64,000 nt of DNA. Source: Candidatus Kapaibacterium sp. Its GTDB lineage: Bacteria > Bacteroidota > Ignavibacteria > Kapaibacteriales > UBA2268. The notes beneath the pieces were generated by a model. It saw only the letters and a program-made list of their open reading frames with translations. It did not search any database and had not been told where the DNA came from. This document shows positions 1 to 9,468 of this stretch, one piece after another. Positions within the stretch are counted from its first letter, which is position 1; each line of letters opens with the position of its first letter. Position numbers and translations under genes: made by a program. Location of the stretch: assembly GCA_963665665.1 (NCBI GenBank), contig OY762428.1, forward strand, positions 224,001-288,000, written 5' to 3'.

Positions 1-221
1 TAATTATTACAGTTTCAGATACCGGAAAAGGAATGAATGCCAAGCAGAAAAGATCTGCATTCAATCCCGGCTTCACAACCAAAAAACGCGGCTGGGGCTT
101 GGGGCTCAGCCTTGTGCGCAGAATAGTCGAGGAATATCATAAAGGGAAAATATCCATAAAGGATTCCAGCCCCGGCAAGGGTACAACATTTATTATAGAA
201 CTTCCGGGAAACGAAAAGTAA
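1..221 (+). CDS. Sensor histidine kinase, C-terminal HATPase fragment (5' truncated by window edge)
   Basis: Frame open from position 3: IITVSDTGKGM...FNPGFTTKKRGWGLGLSLVRRIVEEYHKGKI...GKGTTF = G1, F and G2 boxes. Confidence 0.9.
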   Translation, partial: IITVSDTGKGMNAKQKRSAFNPGFTTKKRGWGLGLSLVRRIVEEYHKGKISIKDSSPGKGTTFIIELPGNEK

Positions 222-231
222 TTAATAACAG

Positions 232-945
232 TTAAAATTTGTAATATAAATTCAGTGTTACGCCGCGCCTGATATTTGGAAGCACGGCAAAGGCAAGATT
301 TTCATCAACATTGAAATCAAATAGATGCGCCCCGGCATAAGCGTCCACTGTGGCAATAAGATAAACACCCATAAGATAGAGGCCGCTAAGGTCGCGGTTG
401 TCCCTGTAAAGTTCTTTCCATCTTTTCTGCAAGTCGAGCGAATCTTCTGCAACGCTCAGGGCATAGTTTAACTCGGAAGGAACATCTTCCCCATTCTCCT
501 CTATAAGACTGATCTGCATTTCAAGATCGTCTATCCTGCTATCAATAACAGCAATTTCGTCCACTTTACCATTATACTTCGACCAGTTATCGGCAATAAA
601 ATAAACAAGTGTTCCCGCAGCACCTGCGAAAATCGGAACTTTCCAGTAATTTTCCGTGTATACCTGCCCCAGGCCAGGAAAAATCAGAGAATAAACAATA
701 GCCTTTGTTGTTGATTTCTGCATTTTAAAATTATAACTTTCTTCAGAAGCATCATTCTCCTGCTCGTTATCCGTACTATCCATAACAACAATGGATTTCT
801 CTTTGTTAACAACTTCATTCAAAGCAGTGGAATCCTGAGGTATCTGAGCAAACAAAAGTGAACTCAGAAATATGAAAACAATAAATAAAATACAGGCTTT
901 ACCCGGAAAGTTATTCTTAATACTATTTTTTTTCCTGAATCTCAA
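232..945 (-). CDS. DUF5683-like membrane/exported protein
   Basis: Signal-like N-terminus; motifs SLIFPGLGQVY..YWKVP and DAYAGAHLFDFNV resemble DUF5683; TTG start uncertain. Confidence 0.65.
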   Translation of the reverse strand: MRFRKKNSIKNNFPGKACILFIVFIFLSSLLFAQIPQDSTALNEVVNKEKSIVVMDSTDNEQENDASEESYNFKMQKSTTKAIVYSLIFPGLGQVYTENYWKVPIFAGAAGTLVYFIADNWSKYNGKVDEIAVIDSRIDDLEMQISLIEENGEDVPSELNYALSVAEDSLDLQKRWKELYRDNRDLSGLYLMGVYLIATVDAYAGAHLFDFNVDENLAFAVLPNIRRGVTLNLYYKF

Positions 946-994
946 CCTTAATTCTTATACATGAATAAATACCTAAATAATATACCTAATAAAC

Positions 995-1029
995 TAATCG
1001 TCCAACGGATTTAAGTCGTCGGACGATTA
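995..1029 (-). terminator. Stem-loop downstream of ridA
   Basis: TAATCGTCCAACG...CGTCGGACGATTA near-perfect inverted repeat 14 bp after the ridA stop. Confidence 0.5.
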
Positions 1030-1042
1030 TATTGCATTCAGA

Positions 1043-1423
1043 TTATTTTACCAGAACGATTGCTTCGATTTCAACAAGAACGTCTTTTGGAAGCCTTGCA
1101 ACTTCGAATGCAGCCCTTGCCGGTTTGCTCTCGCCAAAATATTCGTTGTAAACTTCGTTCATTTTCACGAAGTCGTTCATATCTTTCATAAGTACTGTTG
1201 TTTTAACAACATCATTAACTGTTGCGCCTGCTTCATCAAGAATAGCAATGATGTTTTTAATTGACTGGTGAGTCTGTCCTACAATTTCATCACCAACGCA
1301 TTTACCACTTGCATCAAAAGGAATCTGGCCGGAAATAAACATAAAATTACCACTTGCTTTTACTGCCTGTGAATAAGGCCCGATTGGTGCGGGAGCCTTG
1401 TCTGAATAAACTGCTTCTTTCAT
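1043..1423 (-). CDS. ridA: RidA/YjgF family enamine/imine deaminase
   Basis: [40 protein letters not shown]; GGAG RBS upstream. Confidence 0.95.
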   Translation of the reverse strand: MKEAVYSDKAPAPIGPYSQAVKASGNFMFISGQIPFDASGKCVGDEIVGQTHQSIKNIIAILDEAGATVNDVVKTTVLMKDMNDFVKMNEVYNEYFGESKPARAAFEVARLPKDVLVEIEAIVLVK

Positions 1424-1450
1424 TTTGCTACTCCAATATTATTATTTCAA

Positions 1451-1789
1451 TTAGTTATCTCTATTTTCCGATTTCAAAATATAGTAAACCTTCTCCCCTT
1501 TCCTGACCATACCGTATTTTTCCCTGGCAATTCGTTCAATTTCCAGGGTATCGCTATGAAGACGATTAATTATGGCATTCAGGGAATCTTCCCTGGTTTT
1601 CAGGGATTCAATCTCACCGGCAAGCTCAGATTTCTTCGATTGCAGGCTGATTAATGAAATTACCCCGTGATCTGAAAAAAGAATAAAAGCTGATATAACA
1701 AGGAAAATTCCGCCGATAATTAATACTTTCCGACGTTTCAGGGTATAATCCCTAATCTGATTTATTCTTTCCTTGTTTATAAATTGCAT
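1451..1789 (-). CDS. Septum formation initiator (FtsB/DivIC family)
   Basis: Single TM helix, coiled coil, then IERIAREKYGMVRKGEKVY signature. Confidence 0.85.
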   Translation of the reverse strand: MQFINKERINQIRDYTLKRRKVLIIGGIFLVISAFILFSDHGVISLISLQSKKSELAGEIESLKTREDSLNAIINRLHSDTLEIERIAREKYGMVRKGEKVYYILKSENRDN

Positions 1790-1822
1790 CTTGAAATCGA
1801 AATATTATATTCTTCAAAACTT

Positions 1823-1867
1823 GAAAAAAGCCCGCCCGTTTTCCAAATTAAGTCGGGACAGGCTTTA
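1823..1867 (-). terminator. Probable intrinsic terminator downstream of gcvPA
   Basis: AAAAAAAGCCCGCCCG...CGGGACAGGCTTT imperfect stem with A-tract (U-tract on the minus strand). Confidence 0.5.
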
Positions 1868-1910
1868 TTTATCTTTTTTTAAGATGTTTATAAATCTGAA
1901 CTTTATTTTT

Positions 1911-1980
1911 GTCGTTCTGAATATAATGAAGGATATGGTTTTCACTAATTCTTTGGATACTTCGCTACGCTCGGAACGAC
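1911..1980. repeat. REP-like palindromic element, copy 1 (degenerate)
   Basis: GTCGTTCTGAATATAATGAAGGAT...GATACTTCGCTACGCTCGGAACGAC; same architecture as copies at 24875 and 40173. Confidence 0.65.
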
Positions 1981-2024
1981 AATTGTTCAAACTTACATTA
2001 CAACTTAATAATCATTTTCAAATA

Positions 2025-3365
2025 TTATTTTGCGAATTTTTTCAAAAATTCAACAAAATCATCCATTTCCTTTTTGCTGCGTTTTTCTGTAACAGAAATC
2101 AACAGTCCCGGTTTGCAACCCGGGAATCGAGAGCTGTCGATACCTGCAAGAAAACCGGCCTTTTCGCCTTCTTCGATGATCTCTTTTGCCGGAATCGGAG
2201 TTTCAACAAGGAAGTCATAAAGGAAGGGTTTGTCATTCATCAGCTGGAATCCTTGGATTTCTGCAATTTTCTTAGCAAGATAGTGTGCTTTCTGGAAAGA
2301 CTGCTCTGCAACTTCTTTTATTCCTGATTTACCCATTGTAGCCATGTAAACAGTAGCGGCAAGCATAAACAATCCCTGGTTAGTACAGATATTTGATGTT
2401 GCCTTTTCTCTCTTGATCTGCTGTTCTCTTGTCTGTAATGTAAGAACAAAACCGCGATTGCCGTCGGAATCGACTGTAACACCGGAAAGCCTGCCAGGCA
2501 TTTTGCGAACAAATTTCTGCTTACAGGCAAATAATCCGAGGTAAGGGCCACCATAGCTCATCGGGATACCGAGGGGCTGCCCTTCACCTACAACTATATC
2601 TGCATTATAATTACCTGGAGCTTCCAGAACTCCGAGAGAAATCGGATCAACAACCACAACAAACAAACCTTTGTGGGTGTGAGCAATTTTCTCAATTCCA
2701 AAAACATCTTCTATATTACCATAAGCATTTGGCTGCTGTGTGATAACAGCAGCAACATCCGCATTCATATTTTCTTCAAGCTTATTCAGATCGCAAAGTC
2801 CGTCATCGGTGGAACATTCAATAAAATTGAATTCTTTACCGGCTGTAATATCTGAAAGAACGCGCTGATAATGCGGGTTAAGCTTACCGGCTATCAGAAA
2901 TGTGGATTTTTTTGTTTGAATGTTTGCCAGGAAAGCAGCTTCTGCAATTGCAGTGCCTCCATCATAAAGCGAAGCATTTGCAACATCCATTCCTGTAAGC
3001 TGGCATATCATTGTCTGGAATTCGTACATGGCCTGAAGCGTCCCTTGTGATACTTCAGCCTGATAGGGTGTGTATGCTGTTTTAAATTCCGGACGTTCCA
3101 ATACGCTATACACCATGGATGGAACATACCTGTCGTGAGCTCCGCCCCCCATAAAACAAATATGGGAATCGGCAGCAATATTATTCTGAGCATAAGAATC
3201 AATAAGTTTTATTACTTCATATTCTGACAGGGAATCAGGGATATTCAAATCACCCTTGAACCTGATGTTTTCAGGAATTTTAGCGATTAATTCGTCAAAA
3301 TTCTCCACACCAATCTGTTCAAGCATTTCCTTGCGGTCCTGGTCAGTATTCGGTACGTAAGCCAT
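2025..3365 (-). CDS. gcvPA: Glycine dehydrogenase (decarboxylating) subunit 1
   Basis: TAYTPYQAEVSQGTLQ, NASLYDGG, GGPYLG, LQTREQQIKREKATSNICTNQ; 446 aa. Confidence 0.96.
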   Translation of the reverse strand: MAYVPNTDQDRKEMLEQIGVENFDELIAKIPENIRFKGDLNIPDSLSEYEVIKLIDSYAQNNIAADSHICFMGGGAHDRYVPSMVYSVLERPEFKTAYTPYQAEVSQGTLQAMYEFQTMICQLTGMDVANASLYDGGTAIAEAAFLANIQTKKSTFLIAGKLNPHYQRVLSDITAGKEFNFIECSTDDGLCDLNKLEENMNADVAAVITQQPNAYGNIEDVFGIEKIAHTHKGLFVVVVDPISLGVLEAPGNYNADIVVGEGQPLGIPMSYGGPYLGLFACKQKFVRKMPGRLSGVTVDSDGNRGFVLTLQTREQQIKREKATSNICTNQGLFMLAATVYMATMGKSGIKEVAEQSFQKAHYLAKKIAEIQGFQLMNDKPFLYDFLVETPIPAKEIIEEGEKAGFLAGIDSSRFPGCKPGLLISVTEKRSKKEMDDFVEFLKKFAK

Positions 3366-3640
3366 ATTAAGCTCCTATCTATAAAAGTCGAATTAAAAAA
3401 TCATTTTCAACGAACACAAATTTATATTAAAATCCTTTGCTATGCAATAGATAATAATTGAGAAATTTTGATTTAAATCAGGATTAAAATACATTAGTAT
3501 CAAATTAGAACATTTCATACAAATCCGATTAATATTATTATCCGATCTTATTATTGATATTTCAAAAATATTGATTAAATTAAGCCGTTCTGAAAATAGG
3601 AAATTATTGTAAAAAATGTCGATATCCGGCTTCGAAAACA

Positions 3641-4498
3641 ATGGCAGACAGAAATTTAATAAGATTCGACTGGGCAATCAAAAGGCTCCTGCGCAACAAA
3701 GCAGACTATTCTGTTCTGGAAGGCTTCCTGTCTGAATTGCTCAAAGAAAATGTTAGTATTGAAACCATCCTTGAAAGCGAAAGCAACCGGCAGTTTGAAA
3801 AAGATAAATTTAACCGGGTTGATATGCTTGTCCGAAATTCAAAAGACGAACTTGTTATCATTGAAATCCAAAATGAGCAGGAATATGATTATTTCCACAG
3901 AATGGCTTACGGCTCATCAAAAACCCTTACAGAACATATAAGCGTAGGCGAACCTTATATTAATATCAAAAAGATCTATTCAATCAACATTGTTTATTTC
4001 GACCTTGGGCAGGGAGATGATTATATTTATCACGGAAAAACGGATTTTACCGGTATCCACAAAAATGACAAACTGATACTTTCACCAAAACAGGCTGAAT
4101 ATTTAGGAAAAAAGAAACCTTCCGAAATTTTTCCAGAATACTATGTGATTAAGGTAAATCAATTTGATGATATTGCAAAAGACAAACTGGACGAATGGAT
4201 TTATTATCTGAAAAACAATGAAATTAAAGATAGTTTCACTGCCAGGGGTATTGACAAAGCCAGAGAATTGTGGAAAACAGACAAATTAGACAATGACGAA
4301 TACATTGGCTACAAAAAGCACCTCGAGGATCTGCATTATGCCGCAAGTATGGCATGGTCGATGAAAATGGATGCAGAATACAATGTTAGAAAATCCGAAG
4401 CAATGAAAATTGCAAAGAAACTTAAAATAGCTGGTATGGATAATGATTCAATAATGGAATGTACCGGGTTAAATAAAGACCAGATTGAGAAATTGTAA
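3641..4498 (+). CDS. Rpn family recombination-promoting nuclease / PD-(D/E)XK nuclease (PDDEXK_2)
   Basis: RFDWAIKRLLR, KFNRVDMLV...IIEIQ catalytic core, LDEWIYYLK, C-terminal KIAKKLK..GM....I...TGL....IEKL tail. Confidence 0.88.
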   Translation: MADRNLIRFDWAIKRLLRNKADYSVLEGFLSELLKENVSIETILESESNRQFEKDKFNRVDMLVRNSKDELVIIEIQNEQEYDYFHRMAYGSSKTLTEHISVGEPYINIKKIYSINIVYFDLGQGDDYIYHGKTDFTGIHKNDKLILSPKQAEYLGKKKPSEIFPEYYVIKVNQFDDIAKDKLDEWIYYLKNNEIKDSFTARGIDKARELWKTDKLDNDEYIGYKKHLEDLHYAASMAWSMKMDAEYNVRKSEAMKIAKKLKIAGMDNDSIMECTGLNKDQIEKL

Positions 4499-4851
4499 TA
4501 GTAACATCCTGTCCATTCATGGTTTTTCATTCTTTAGCCGTATTCCAAAATATCTCCGGCCTGGCATTCCAATACCCTGAATATCTCCTAAAATGTAAAA
4601 AATCGAAACGCTATAGAACAAACCCAATTTATGCCACAATTTTAAACTTTTGGCATTTTAATCATAAAAAAATATTCTTTCCCCTGACGAATCTGAATAT
4701 TTTTTATCTTGTGCCGCAAAGACCAAACAATCATGCTTTTGCTGCTTTCATATATATCTCATATTCTATGATAATTCATATCTGTAACATCATAGTATAT
4801 TTACATTTATCAACAACAAGCAGCAATTATTAATTTTTTTTAAAAAAACTC

Positions 4852-4880
4852 TTGCTCTTGAATAATATGTTTTTTATATT
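4852..4880 (+). promoter_or_regulatory. Putative sigma70-type promoter of the CHASE2 operon
   Basis: TTGCTC-N17-TATATT, 28 bp upstream of the ATG at 4909. Confidence 0.4.
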
Positions 4881-4908
4881 CAATTGGTGAAATAGTTGCA
4901 AGGGCCTT

Positions 4909-6162
4909 ATGAAGTTTGTCAACATTGATAACATCCTTAGTACGATTTTAGTAATACTAATACTGAAATTTCTTCCCTATATATTCCAGGTTGATTTCCT
5001 TAATCCCATTGAAAACACACTTGAAGATTTCCAGATCAGCGATATTGTATTCTCGAAAATTATGGATGAAAATGCAATTCCTGATACAAATATTGTTTTA
5101 GTTAATATTGGCCTGCTTAATCGTAAAGGTATAGCTGCCCAAATAAATATTATCAATAGATACTCGCCCAAAGTAATTGGAATTGACAGCTTTTTTCGCG
5201 AATTGAAATCCGATGACCTTGATGATCCCCTGGCAAGAGCATTTGCAAAAACCAACAACCTGGTTCTTGTAAGCGAACTATACGATTACAATAACAGGTG
5301 GAATTATTGGGATACTATTAAAACTTCACATGAAAAGTTCAGCAGGAACGCGAAAAGCGGCTATGCAAATTTTATAGTCCGGGATGATAATTACAGAACA
5401 GTAAGAAATTTTACACCTAAAGAATTTGTCAGAAACCGCAGGGAACTATCTTTTGCTTTGCAGGTTGCATCGATTTACAGGCCCGAGTCAGTTGACAGAA
5501 TGATGGCAGCACCCGAGCAAACAGAATTTATAATTAATTTCAGGAGAAACACGGACAAATACAGAACCCTTGATGCATTTCAATTATTTAAAATGCGGGA
5601 CAGCCTGCATTTCTTAGAAGGTAAGATCGTCCTGCTGGGATTTATGGGGCCGGATGTAATTTCCCCCACGAATGAAGATATGTTCTTCACACCGCTGAAC
5701 GACAGATATGTAGGAAAAAATTACCCGGACATGTACGGCGTTGTTGTTCATGCAAATATCATTTCAATGATGCTGGAAAATAGTTACCTTACTTCAGTAC
5801 CCTATTCCTATTCCCAGGCTTTCACCGTTATGGTAATTTTTTTCAATATGTGCCTGTATTCATTTGTCAGAAGAAAATTTCCATCATTATACGAGCCGGT
5901 CAGTTTATTAGGAACATTTAGTCAGATTCTGATAATTTTATTATTTTTAATGGGTTTATTCTACTATTTCGGTGTCCAGGCACAAAATGCGGGTGTGTTT
6001 TTTGCATTGCTGCTGTGCAAACAGGGCTATGAGTTATATAACGATTCCCTGAAAGAAATTGCAATGAAAAGAGCGAAAAGATTAATGCCCCAAAAATTCA
6101 GAAATTCAGGGAGAATGAAAAACTTCAGGGAAAGGCTGTTCAGAAAATATGCTGATAAATAA
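4909..6162 (+). CDS. CHASE2 domain membrane protein A (no cytoplasmic output domain)
   Basis: N-terminal TM; DTNIVLVNI, PKVIGID, GKIVLLG, FFTP, MYGVVVHANIISM CHASE2 motifs; C-terminal TM helices, then a short basic tail. Confidence 0.85.
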   Translation: MKFVNIDNILSTILVILILKFLPYIFQVDFLNPIENTLEDFQISDIVFSKIMDENAIPDTNIVLVNIGLLNRKGIAAQINIINRYSPKVIGIDSFFRELKSDDLDDPLARAFAKTNNLVLVSELYDYNNRWNYWDTIKTSHEKFSRNAKSGYANFIVRDDNYRTVRNFTPKEFVRNRRELSFALQVASIYRPESVDRMMAAPEQTEFIINFRRNTDKYRTLDAFQLFKMRDSLHFLEGKIVLLGFMGPDVISPTNEDMFFTPLNDRYVGKNYPDMYGVVVHANIISMMLENSYLTSVPYSYSQAFTVMVIFFNMCLYSFVRRKFPSLYEPVSLLGTFSQILIILLFLMGLFYYFGVQAQNAGVFFALLLCKQGYELYNDSLKEIAMKRAKRLMPQKFRNSGRMKNFRERLFRKYADK

Positions 6163-7324
6163 AAAAATATTGCGGGATTCTCTTTTTTCAACACTTCTGG
6201 TGCTGGTATTTATGTTTGTGCTTCCTGCATTTTTCAGTTTTGATATTTTTGAACCTATAAAGGACTCTCTTGAAGATTTTCAGATAACTGACATACACTA
6301 TTCCAAAATTGAAGACAAGCAAACAACCGAAGCAGATACAAATATTGTAATTATCGATATTGAAAATCTTAGCAATGCCGGCCTTGCAAAATTGATAAGA
6401 GATGTACACCAATTTCATCCGAAAGTAGTAGGCATAAATACAATATTGAAGAAAAGTAATAAAAAAATTGACGATTTATCCCTTGCCGATGCAATTAAAA
6501 ATGTAAAGAATGTTGTTTTCTCTGCCCGGCTTAAAAATGATACCCTGATAACAAGTGATAAAATTTTTATGCCATCTGAAGATTTTAAAATTGGAATAAG
6601 CACAGTGATCAGTAATGATCTGAAACAATATTTCACTGTCAGGGATTTTAAGCCTAAATTTGAATTTAAGGGTAAAAAAATCAACTCCTTCGGAATGGAA
6701 ATTATGTCGATATACTCACCCGGAGCATACAATCAAATTGAAAACAGAAACAGTGAAACTGAAATAATACATTACAGGGGAAATTACCGTAAGTTTCCTT
6801 TTATAGAAGGTATATCACTTGTTCGGGAAGGAATTACAGAAGAATTTATCAGGGGAAAAATAATTCTGCTTGGAGTAGTTGGAGCATTCAGAAAATACGA
6901 TCTTCTTGAAAGGCTTTATTTCACCCCGATGAACGAAAGATTTGCAGGCAGAACATTCCCGGATATGACCGGAACAGAGATCCAGGCAAACATTATTTCC
7001 ATGATCGGGAAGGGAATTTATACCGGAAAAATGCCCGGATGGGTAAGTATTATTATTGCCATAATTTTATGTTATGCTAATATGATAATTTTTTCTTACA
7101 TTTGTGTTAAAAATATTTCATGGTTCGAGTTAGGGAGCCTGCTAATATTTGTGATAGAATCTTTGAGCATGATGGCGTTGACAGTATATTCATATAGCCT
7201 GTTTCGATTTCAATTCAGCCTTACCGAAGCGCTGTTCGCATCGGCACTGTCTATTTTCGCTTATCAGATTTACAATGATTCTCTTAAACCTGCTTTAATA
7301 AACATGTTGAAAAAGATCACTTAA
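6149..7324 (+). CDS. CHASE2 domain membrane protein B (no cytoplasmic output domain)
   Basis: Paralog of upstream gene: LEDFQITDI, DTNIVIIDI, PKVVGIN, GKIILLG, YFTP, MTGTEIQANIISM; C-terminal TMs; overlaps upstream stop by 14 bp. Confidence 0.85.
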   Translation: MLINKKILRDSLFSTLLVLVFMFVLPAFFSFDIFEPIKDSLEDFQITDIHYSKIEDKQTTEADTNIVIIDIENLSNAGLAKLIRDVHQFHPKVVGINTILKKSNKKIDDLSLADAIKNVKNVVFSARLKNDTLITSDKIFMPSEDFKIGISTVISNDLKQYFTVRDFKPKFEFKGKKINSFGMEIMSIYSPGAYNQIENRNSETEIIHYRGNYRKFPFIEGISLVREGITEEFIRGKIILLGVVGAFRKYDLLERLYFTPMNERFAGRTFPDMTGTEIQANIISMIGKGIYTGKMPGWVSIIIAIILCYANMIIFSYICVKNISWFELGSLLIFVIESLSMMALTVYSYSLFRFQFSLTEALFASALSIFAYQIYNDSLKPALINMLKKIT

Positions 7325-7336
7325 CAGGAGTCAGTC

Positions 7337-8311
7337 ATGAAAAAACTTATATATCCACTCATCATAATTTTCCTTTTAGGATTTTTTATCAATGCCGAGG
7401 AAGATGATTATAAATTTAAAGTTCTCGCAGCCAAAGGAGGAATAAAAATAAGCATGAACAAAGGTAAATGGAAACCTTTGAAAAACAGCATGGTGCTAAA
7501 AGAAAACGACAAAATTAAGCTTTCCGGGAAATCTTATCTCGGCCTGGTTCACGAAAGCGGACGCACAGTGGAACTGGATAAACCAGGAGAATACAGTATT
7601 AATAAACTAAACTCGGAAATACTTAAGAAAAAAGATAAACTTAGTAAGAAACTAACAGAATACATAGTTGATGAAATGTCCGAAGCCGAAGACCTTTTTT
7701 CCGACAGCGACTACCACGAATCGATGGGAATTACCGGTGCTGTGGAAAGATCTTCCGAATTGATAATTAAAAATTATGACAGCGAAGGAAAAATCTCTGA
7801 TCCTGTTGGAAAAGACATGACAATAAGGCTTGTATTTCCTTTTAAAACAAGCATGACAGGCCCGGGCGCAGAATTCAAATGGTACAAATCAGCCACTCTG
7901 AAAGAATATAAATTTACAATCCGCGACAGGTTCGACGAAATCGCATTCAGCAAAATAGTCAGCGATACTTCTATTACAATTAATATTGATGATATTGGCC
8001 TGGAAAGAGGCAGTTACTATTTCTGGAATGTATCTCAGACTCCGGAGCAGATGATAATTTCTCATGATAACGCAGTACTTTTCCTCAGCAAGGAAAAATC
8101 TGAGCAGGTAAAAAATGACCTCCGGAATATTGAAGAGTATTATGGATCAGCTGATTCTCCGATGAAAGAAATTTTAAAAGCTTCGTATTTCGAAAAAAAT
8201 GAACTCTTTATTGAGGCTGACAGAGCTTTCCGAAAAGCTCTGGAAATTCTTCCGGAAACTGAAAATTATGAAAAAATGTATGCTGCTTTCAAATACAGGA
8301 TGACAAGATAG
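7337..8311 (+). CDS. Exported protein with FecR-like N-terminal beta domain, Ig/FN3-like middle and TPR-like C-terminus
   Basis: Signal peptide; W..L...M.L...D.I.L pattern like FecR N-domains; F.W...Y.F...Y.W.V Ig-like pattern; helical C-terminus; AGGAG RBS. Confidence 0.7.
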   Translation: MKKLIYPLIIIFLLGFFINAEEDDYKFKVLAAKGGIKISMNKGKWKPLKNSMVLKENDKIKLSGKSYLGLVHESGRTVELDKPGEYSINKLNSEILKKKDKLSKKLTEYIVDEMSEAEDLFSDSDYHESMGITGAVERSSELIIKNYDSEGKISDPVGKDMTIRLVFPFKTSMTGPGAEFKWYKSATLKEYKFTIRDRFDEIAFSKIVSDTSITINIDDIGLERGSYYFWNVSQTPEQMIISHDNAVLFLSKEKSEQVKNDLRNIEEYYGSADSPMKEILKASYFEKNELFIEADRAFRKALEILPETENYEKMYAAFKYRMTR

Positions 8312-8333
8312 TTTAAATAAAACCGGTGATAAA

Positions 8334-9332
8334 ATGAGAAAGATACTGCCTTTATTTTTGATAATATTTATGGCATTTTCCGTTTCAAATGCTTATGAAT
8401 TTAACGTGCTTGCCCTGAATGGTAAAACCCAGGTAAAAAAAGGGAAAAAATGGATTAACCTGAAATCAGGAGATAAATTAACAAAAAAACAATCAATAAA
8501 AATTGGTAAGAATTCTTATATAGGTATGGTTCATAAAAATGGTACCACCCTGGAGGTCAAAGATAAGGGAACTTATAAAGTCAGCTCGCTCGTAAAAAAA
8601 GTTATTGCCAAAGATGCATCCACAACGAAAAGAATGGCCGATTATGTGATTGAAGAAATGAGCAGCGCCGACGACCTGTTCGAAAAGGATGACTACCATG
8701 GCAGTATGTCAACTCTCGGGTCGGTTGAAAGAGCGGTTGGCGAAGATATAAATGCCCTTGAAAAAGCCGAGGATATTGCAGGTACGGATCATTCAATTAG
8801 CAGCAACCTGAACAGTATAAGTTCTTTAGTTTCCGGTGACGGCTATAATACAATCCAGGCCAGAATGCCCAAAACCTCTTACCTGATAGATTCCAAAGTT
8901 GAATTTTCATGGCAAGGTGGCAATACTGAAAAATATTTCGTCGTGATAAAAGACGACAAGAATAAAATTATTGCAAAAAAAGAAGTCAGGGGTAAGAAAA
9001 CTCCCATAGACCTGCAGGAACTTGGAGTTCAGCCGGGCAAATGTTACTATTGGAAAGTTGAATCCGGAAAAGACAAATCGATTGAAAATTGTATTATGCT
9101 GATGGATAAAAGAACATTTCCGGAATTTTTTGTTGAGTATGATAAAATCAGGAAAAGCACCGGAGAAAAACCCGGAGCCATGGACGAATTAATACTGGCA
9201 GCATTCTTCGAAGATTATAACGTTATGAACCGCGCCTATGCATGCTACAGGAATGCTGTAATTAAATCAGGAAGATCACCCGATATGGAAAAATTATTTG
9301 CATCATACTTAGACAGAATAGGCTGCAGGTAA
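8334..9332 (+). CDS. Exported protein, paralog of 7337..8311
   Basis: Signal peptide; shares F.VLA..G, SY.G.VH..G.T.E, YV.EEMS.A.DLF...DYH.SM...G.VER and C-terminal ILAAFFE motifs with the upstream gene. Confidence 0.7.
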   Translation: MRKILPLFLIIFMAFSVSNAYEFNVLALNGKTQVKKGKKWINLKSGDKLTKKQSIKIGKNSYIGMVHKNGTTLEVKDKGTYKVSSLVKKVIAKDASTTKRMADYVIEEMSSADDLFEKDDYHGSMSTLGSVERAVGEDINALEKAEDIAGTDHSISSNLNSISSLVSGDGYNTIQARMPKTSYLIDSKVEFSWQGGNTEKYFVVIKDDKNKIIAKKEVRGKKTPIDLQELGVQPGKCYYWKVESGKDKSIENCIMLMDKRTFPEFFVEYDKIRKSTGEKPGAMDELILAAFFEDYNVMNRAYACYRNAVIKSGRSPDMEKLFASYLDRIGCR

Positions 9333-9468
9333 GCTTTTATTCATAAAAAATTTTCAAAAGATTTCATATCTGCAAATTCTAACGATAAACCATTAAATTT
9401 TAGGGTTTATTGCCATAATTTTTTTTTCTATATTGCATCAAAAATTTATACACAGGAGGCATAAGATT

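Noticed and set aside
1773-2327. 184-aa plus-strand ORF
   Set aside because: Runs across a terminator, a REP copy and antisense gcvPA.
3366-3640. Glycine riboswitch upstream of gcvPA, or the 94-aa ORF 3393..3677
   Set aside because: Very AT-rich with no recognisable aptamer motifs; the ORF overlaps the Rpn start and has no family features.
3641-4498. Insertion sequence
   Set aside because: Family is often labelled transposase, but no terminal inverted repeats or target duplication are visible.
4519-4833. 104-aa ORF between Rpn and the CHASE2 operon
   Set aside because: No RBS or recognisable motif; composition looks like AT-rich promoter DNA.
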